64,000 nucleotides of DNA, taken from the NCBI RefSeq assembly GCF_006345805.1, contig NC_043003.1:115444001-115508000 (forward strand). Reading direction: 5' to 3'. Shown in pieces: positions 56,909 through 64,000 of the stretch; the stretch's first letter is position 1, and each line of letters opens with the position of its first letter. The notes beneath the pieces were generated by a model that had not been told where the DNA came from, made no database searches, and saw only the letters and a list, made by a program, of their open reading frames with translations. The translations under genes and the position numbers were made by a program. The DNA comes from Octopus sinensis (Eukaryota).

Positions 56909-57068
<160 letters not shown>

Positions 57069-57515
57069 GTATATGCTTCTCCTTTCAGTAGATGAGTAAA
57101 CACATTAATTTTTGCAAATTCCTTAATTAACCAATTTGACCCCATTAAAATATTTTGGAAGGGACATTCTTATATGTTTCATGTTTAAGATTTAAGAAAC
57201 AATGAAAGCAACGTGATTTAGTGCTTTTATTGATGAGGTATTTTTGGCAAGTTATTTATTGAAGTTAATATATCTCACCATTATTAAGTAGTGCACATGT
57301 GGTAAGATACAGTGATATTTACTTCATGTAATCGTTGCTTACAAACAGGTTTCTACGAGTAGTTGACGTAGAGATTTCTACCTCAGTGAATATTACAAAA
57401 TCTGATATGCCATATCATTCTACTGACGTTGTGCTTTCGTTGAACACACACATAAACATGGAATGTTTTATGTTTTTACGAACTCCACAAACTGTCGGTA
57501 TGGCTATATATACTT

Positions 57516-57749
57516 TGTTCTTTGCACCCTTTTAAAGCCTAGTCAGGCTCAAAGGCCCGGTTTCCCGGTTTCTATGGCGTATGTGGTCCCCATCGCAGTG
57601 TTACTCATTTTTGCCAGCTGAGTGGACTGGAGAAACGTGAAATGAAATGTTTCGCTCAAGAACACAACGCGTCGCCCGGTCCAGGAATCGAAGCCACAAT
57701 CTTACAATCATGATGCTGACACCCTACCCACTAAGCCACGCGCCTCCAC
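57516..57749 (-). mobile_element. Chimeric SINE: G-type head/core + B-type tail
   Basis: cagctgagtggactggag..cgtgaaat (G-like) joined to ggcccggtttcccggtttc (B tail). Confidence 0.75.
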
Positions 57750-57922
57750 ATGGCTATATATACACGCACATAAACTGAACTCAACTGGATTTTATAGAAG
57801 AGCGTTCATTCTGATTGATGTATTAGACAAAGCAAACAATAATATGAACCCTGGAGATTAGGACTTATTATAATGATATAATGAAATGAAAGTTAATGGG
57901 CTTATAAAAGAAAATTTCGGTT

Positions 57923-58822
57923 TCAAATTTTGGCAGCAATTTCGGAGAAGCGGCTAGTTCATTACATCAACCCCAGAGTTCATCAACCCCGAAAGATGAA
58001 AAGCGAAGACAACGACGACAGAATTTGAACTCAGAACGGAAAGACGGACGAAATGCAGCTAAGCATTTTCTTCGGCGACCTAACAGTTATTCCAGCACGC
58101 CACCCTATTTATAAAAATAAATATCCTTTTCTACTTTACGCACAAGGCTCGAATTTTTGGTGGAGGAAAACAGTCGATTAGATCGACCCAAGTAATTAAA
58201 GCCGACCTCGGTGGAATTGGAACACAGAACATAAAGACAGACGAAATACCTATTTCTTTACTACCCACAAAGAGCTAAACACAGAGAGGACAGACAAACA
58301 GATTAAGTCGATTATATCGACTCCAGTGCGTAACTGGTACTTATTTAATCGACCCCGAAAAGATGAAAGGCAAAGTCGACCTCGGCGGAATTTGACCTCA
58401 GAGCGTAACGGCAGACAAAATACCTATTTCTTTACTACCTACAAGGGGCTAAACACAGAGAGGACAAACAAGGACAGACAAAATGATGAAGTCGATTATA
58501 TCGACCCCAGTGCGTAACTGGTACTTATTTAATCGACCCCGAAAGAATGAAAGGCAAAGGCGACCTCGGCGGAATTTGAACTCAGAACGTAACGGCAGAC
58601 GAAATACTTATTTCTTTACTACCCACAAGGACCTAAACACAGAGAGGACAAACAAGGACAGACTAAATGACAAAGTCGATTACATTGACTCCAGTGCGTA
58701 ACTGGTACTTATTTAATCGACCCCGAAAGAATGAAAGGCAAAGTCGACATCGGCGGAATTTGAACTCAGAACGAAGCGTCAGACGAAATACCGCTAAGCA
58801 TTTCGCCCTGCCAGCTCGCTGT
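57923..58822 (-). mobile_element. SINE family F cluster: degenerate copy plus tandem array of ~175-185-bp units
   Basis: tatttctttactacc recurs at ~58251, 58425 and 58609. Confidence 0.85.
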
Positions 58823-59284
58823 ATTTATCAAAAATTATATTAAAAAAAAAAAAAGTAACAGTGTCTCTAAAATATACCCCTTGATAATTACTAAAAATTG
58901 CAATTCCTTCAATAAGGAGTGAAATGCCGCAGTAAGCACTCTGCAAATTTTAGGTTGGGAGAATCGAGAACCGGAACAATCTAGTACAGATACGCGAAGA
59001 ATCAGACGCCACACATTTGGAACTGGTGAAAAATATTTCTTACAACAAAATAAACAGACTCATTTCACACAAGCTGAAAATTAATTAACTGGCATGAGGT
59101 GTGTTTAATTTCAACAATAATTCTATACTGAAGCCAATCCTCTTGATAAATATTATATTATTTTGATACATTAGAAATTAAATATTGCAGCCAAACAAAA
59201 GTTGAATGATAAGCGTAGAAATTAAAAAAAAAAAATTAATAATAATAATATTACTTTCCATCGATCATGATTGCGAAGCCGTCA

Positions 59285-59419
59285 TGATGACGACGACAAC
59301 GGCGATGAGGATGATGATGATGATGATGTTGATGACGACGACGACGACGACGATGATGATGATGATGATGATGATAGTGAAGAGTATTGTGATGATGATG
59401 ATGATAGTGAAGAGTATTG

Positions 59420-59451
<32 letters not shown>

Positions 59452-59570
59452 TTCGCGACGACGACGACGACGATGATGATGATAATAATAGTGGAGAGGA
59501 TGGTGGTGGTGATAATGAAGAGGAGAAGGAGGAGGATGGTGGCGAGGAAGATGACAATAGCAAAGACGAT
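59285..59570. repeat. (GAT)n/(GAC)n/(GAG)n trinucleotide tract
   Basis: Directly visible. Confidence 0.9.
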
Positions 59571-59759
59571 TACCACGTGTGTGGGGATATGAAGTTCGTT
59601 AAGTGGCACTTCGCCCGAGGCTTTAACGCTGGGGACATCCATGAAGAACTGTTAGTGAGGGTGGCGAAATGTAAGATTATTTAAACTATCTTCTCCGAGA
59701 CCCTGCGGCGCAAGTTGACAAAAATTGAGAGCTTGATAGAAGAAGGTTTGCTCTTCCTT

Positions 59760-60017
59760 CCGTAGAAGAAAAAATTCAAGTCGGACCATGTTAAGACCAA
59801 AAATTATTTACACCAAAAAGGTGATTTTTTTTCTATGAAAATCCCTTATTTTTTACGAATTTTTAATTGCTGTGTCACCATTTTTCGGTGTATTTCAACC
59901 AGAAGAATATTCACTTAAAGAGAATAACACGCTACATAATGCAAAGTTTTTACTTTTCAAAAAATCCAATTCTAGAGGGACGAAACAAACCCGAGCACCG
60001 CCGGGCGATACTGTTAG
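59760..60017 (+). mobile_element. Probable Helitron 3' end
   Basis: GC-rich hairpin cccgagcaccgccggg (59990-60005) shortly upstream of ttag|t (degenerate CTAG|T); the 5' boundary is uncertain. Confidence 0.5.
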
Positions 60018-60392
60018 TTATTAGATAGAATTGCATACTTATATATATACACACACCTCAGTACACACGCGTACACACGCGTACAGATGCAATATTAGAT
60101 TAAAATAGTCGTCTATGTTTGATATTTAATACAAATAAATTGTCGACGGCTAAATTTTCTGCGATATTAGTCTGTTGATAATACCATTAATGGTCGTGTT
60201 ATTTTAATAAGATATATATATCGGAAGGAAACGAAGACATCAGAAACATTTCTACTACCCTGGGCGCTACCGATAACCTACATTCATAGGCAGCTACATC
60301 TTGAAAAGAAGGAATTTAGCGCCCGCGTTTATACAGGAAAACAGGCAATAAACATTCACTACTTATGAGAAAAGCCCCCTGGTTGAATTTTG

Positions 60393-60688
60393 TTTTTGTT
60401 TGTTTGTTCCTTCTCGAGCCATGCCTGGCTCATAAGGGCCAGTTTCCCGGTTTCTTGGTGTATAGGTTCCCCACCTGGACGGGACGCCGGTCCATCGCAG
60501 GTGAGCTGCAAGATGCAGGAGGAAAGTGTGAGAGAAAGTTGTGGCGAAAGAGTCAGCAGAAGTTTCGCCATTACCTTCTTGCGGAGCCGCGTGGAGCTTT
60601 GGTGTTTCGCTCATAAACACACACATCGCTCGGTCTGAGATTCAAACCCGCGAATCCGCTGCTCTAACCAGTAGGCCATGTGCTTCCA
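60393..60688 (-). mobile_element. SINE family B
   Basis: Reverse copy flanked by a ccctggttgaat direct repeat (TSD). Confidence 0.9.
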
Positions 60689-61107
60689 CCCCTGGTTGAA
60701 TAATCAACAACGTTATGGACAACGTCAAGCGAGGCAGGACTGGTTGTGTCATTCTCACTCTTCACTGCAGGGGTGATTTTAGCTTCTCCACCTCCGTTTT
60801 TCATTGTATTTTTAAATACAGTCCATCCACAAAGCATATCTCGGACGAACACTGTAGTAAATTTGCTCCTGAATGATGCATTTTTATTAAGGAACGACTC
60901 TTGTACTTCAATGGTAGAGTATTTATCGAAACAGGAGGGAAAACATCACAAATTGATCACGGCTAGAATGAGACCCAAGTGGCAGATAGTTTACCGCAAG
61001 GCATCTATTAAATGTACTAATAAACCTGCGACAGAAGTTGCAATGCTCTTATTCATAGTAAGTACTATTGTAATAGATAGTGTGGTAACAGAGAATCTGT
61101 AAATATT

Positions 61108-61323
61108 GGTTTCATATTTTTGCACAAGGCCAGCACGTTCCGGGAGGGGTAGTTGATTACGTTGGCCCCCAGTGCAAAAGTGGTACTTATTTTATCGACA
61201 CCGTAATGATGAATGTCAAAGTCGAGCGTCGAGCTCTGTGGAATTTGAGCCCAGGACATAAAGACGGACTAAATGTTGCTCGGCATTTTGTCCGGCATGC
61301 TACAGAATCAACCAGCTCGCTGC
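61108..61323 (-). mobile_element. Degenerate SINE family F-related copy
   Basis: tggtacttattttatcgac...ggaatttgagc blocks. Confidence 0.65.
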
Positions 61324-61565
61324 TTTGCATTCTATAAATATGTTTCGTGCAGTAGGAGATTATGTACTTTGGATTTCTGTTTTCGGGGATCAAATGACAT
61401 CCTAAGATCATCATGCAAAATACATTCTGGTGCTGAACTATTTCATTTAACATTTACGGACAGTCAATTATTCTAACAATTTGTATGGCATTTCCTAAGT
61501 GTTAGATATCATAATTTTGATAACTCTTATAATTAAAATATCATAAAAAAACATGATTTTTTTTG

Positions 61566-61866
61566 GTTTCTTCCTTCTCGAAATATGCCTGGCTCATAAG
61601 GGCCGGTTTCCCGGTTTCTTGGCGTATAGGTTCCCCACCTGGACTGGACGACGGTCCGTCGCAGGTGAGCTGCAAGATGCAGGAGGAAAGAGTGAGAGAA
61701 AGTTGTGGCGAAAGAGTCAGCAGAAGTTCGCCATTGTCTTCTGGCGGAGCCGCGTGGCGCTAAGGTGTTTCGCTCATAAACACACACATCATCCGGTCTG
61801 AGATCCGAACCTGCGATCCCTCGACCAGGAGTCCGCTGCTCTAACCACTAGGCCATATGCTTCCAC
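61566..61866 (-). mobile_element. SINE family B
   Basis: Full-length reverse copy. Confidence 0.9.
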
Positions 61867-62371
61867 CAAATGTTTTGATTCCCAGGAAACATTTCAAGAC
61901 GCTTCAACTTGCCTCTCCATTTTTCTGAATAAGATTCAAATATATTTACATACGAAATTGAAGCTGGTAAAATATGCCCCTTAACTCTTTAGAACAGTAA
62001 CATTTCATCGAGCGTTACTCTCATAGGATTTCAATTTTCTTATATAATCACCTGCCATTATCTGGCCTAGCATAAACATTGTTAGACAGAACACACCAAG
62101 GTACAAGGGTAAAGAATACAGCCATTTTGACCCCTGTATTTTCCAGTGCGAATGGAAAGAATTTCAGCTTTGAAAACCAACCCACATATCACAAGATATT
62201 TCATTCGAAGTTTCATATATTCAAAAGATCTACCGGCATGGGGCTGCCCGAGGACTTACGTAGAATTTGATCTGAGAGTATAGAGACAAAGAATGGGGCA
62301 TTACACCTGATGTTCAGTGAAATCAATTTATTCGTCTAATAAAATATTGAAAATTCTTATTTGACAAAATA

Positions 62372-62405
<34 letters not shown>

Positions 62406-62406
62406 G

Positions 62407-62472
<66 letters not shown>

Positions 62473-62959
62473 TGCGTGTCTGTGTGTGTGTGTATGTATA
62501 TATGTATATGCATTCAAAATGTGACCACGTGTGTACGTATGCATGTGTGTATATATGTTTGCATGTTTATGTACATATGTGTGTGTATGCATATGTATAT
62601 AAGTATGTGGTGCATCTGTATGTATGTATCCGATATATTCATGTGCTTGCATGTCCGTGTTTGTGTATTTTCTATGTATGTGTGTGTCAGCTTGCGTTTG
62701 TTATATATATATATATATATATTTATGCAGCACGGAACTTTGTTACTGAACAAGTCGCGGTCTCAAATCTACGAAAATATTTTGGCAACTTAAATTTAAA
62801 TGATGAAGTTAATTCAACAGTTTTTGTGTCTTTTAAATGGGCTTTAAAGAAATTCTACGCTGCATTCGTTTTCTTGCCATCACACTATCTCAGATAAGGT
62901 CACTTGCTATGCAAGTACATTTCCGTAATACACTCACACGCACACACACACTACACACA

Positions 62960-63123
62960 TTTTTTTTTTTTCTCTCTGTTTCTTTCTGTGTTCCTTTCTG
63001 TAAAAGAGCGTAGGCTCGAAACGTAAAAGACCTTTTCAATTACTGAGCGTTATACTAATACATTTATTTGTTTTCTACACCACCTGTCTTCGTCGTTTGT
63101 TTTGTTTTCGTGAATTCTCCCCC
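62960..63123 (+). mobile_element. Solo H1 fragment next to (TA)n
   Basis: cctttctgtaaaagagcgtaggctcgaaacgtaaaagac. Confidence 0.8.
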
Positions 63124-63157
<34 letters not shown>

Positions 63158-63160
63158 CAT

Positions 63161-63212
<52 letters not shown>

Positions 63213-63335
63213 ACACATATATATGTATATGTTTATATAACTGACTAAATCAACTTATGCGCTACATCTCCTGATATATAAATAAAGCCTACAAATGTCT
63301 CGATGCACAAATAACACGCTTTTTTCCCTCCGCAG

Positions 63336-63410
63336 AATTGAAGTCTTCTGCAACCAAAAACATTTTGTAGCTACGAAGCCCAACACATATTCTAACCTTC
63401 ACAAATTCTG
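63336..63410 (+). other. Candidate 75-nt exon
   Basis: Acceptor cttttttccctccgcag and donor CTG|gtaagt; open only in phase 2 (IEVFCNQKHFVATKPNTYSNLHKF). Confidence 0.35.
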
Positions 63411-64000
63411 GTAAGTTCTTACTGAGGCAGTATAGCTTTTTCAGACGAAAATGAAACAACTATTAGATAAAATGTCTAGGTACTTGTTGTTGCACCGAGT
63501 GCCAGATGAAATAATGCAAGGCATATGAAAGCACTCACAGAACAGGAATTCCAATATATCAAAGACGAAGTAGCAGACGCCAACAGAGAACAAATCGATA
63601 GTTGAAAGCAAAGAACAAGAATTTCACAACTCTGTATGCTTCTTATAAGCCTTTGATCGCTATTCGATTGTATTCTGATCATCTAATGATACACAATCTG
63701 CCCCATCACAGACCAACAGTTTCGGCCTTGTCTACTTCTGTATTCGTTCGTTTTGTGGCTTACGGAGATCAGAAGCGACCTAACATGAAAATGGAAACTG
63801 GTCACACATTTCTCGAACAGAAGCTGGCAGATTGATTATGTATTCCCCAAAAGACACCCGAAGATACAGACAGAAACACACATGCACAAAAAAACATTCA
63901 GATACACAAGCATACACACACACACACAAACATACACACACTCACACAAATATGCACACATACTCACACACATACTAACAGGATATATATATATATATAT

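Noticed and set aside
58125-58822. CRISPR-like periodicity
   Set aside because: Whole ~180-bp units repeat with no unique spacers, there are no cas genes and the context is eukaryotic.
59271-59684. 137-aa Asp/Glu-rich ORF
   Set aside because: It is mostly a (GAT)/(GAC) tract open in several frames, begins at a non-ATG codon and has no splice or domain support.

Overview
AT-rich, microsatellite-dense metazoan DNA. The SINE repertoire and the (TA)n/(GATA)n/(AAT)n landscape suggest an octopus (coleoid cephalopod) intronic or intergenic region; this is inferred, not confirmed. No intact protein-coding gene is evident, and nearly all listed ORFs are microsatellite or SINE read-through. Contents: several families of tRNA-headed SINEs with swapped modules; a ~430-bp MITE with GGATC termini, 8-bp TSDs and internal TTAGGG repeats; one near full-length and one partial Tc1 pseudo-transposon; RTE and CR1/L2-like 3' ends; a Helitron-like 3' end; and three Penelope-like (GIY-YIG) remnants. 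The most notable signal is a set of at least five unrelated short non-coding repeat families, each carrying a type I hammerhead-ribozyme fold with a non-canonical core. The best example is a 362-nt monomer (39.2-40.0 kb and 50.1-50.6 kb) with a compensatory U3-A8 core, an extended stem I and a palindromic stem III. Most of these families occur in or next to (TA)n or (AAT)n as head-to-head inverted pairs, and two show head-to-tail, circularly permuted monomers, as expected of retrozyme-like or Penelope-mobilised circular RNAs. Two weak exon candidates lie at 13.6-14.5 kb and 63.3 kb. All alignments and folds were done by eye.
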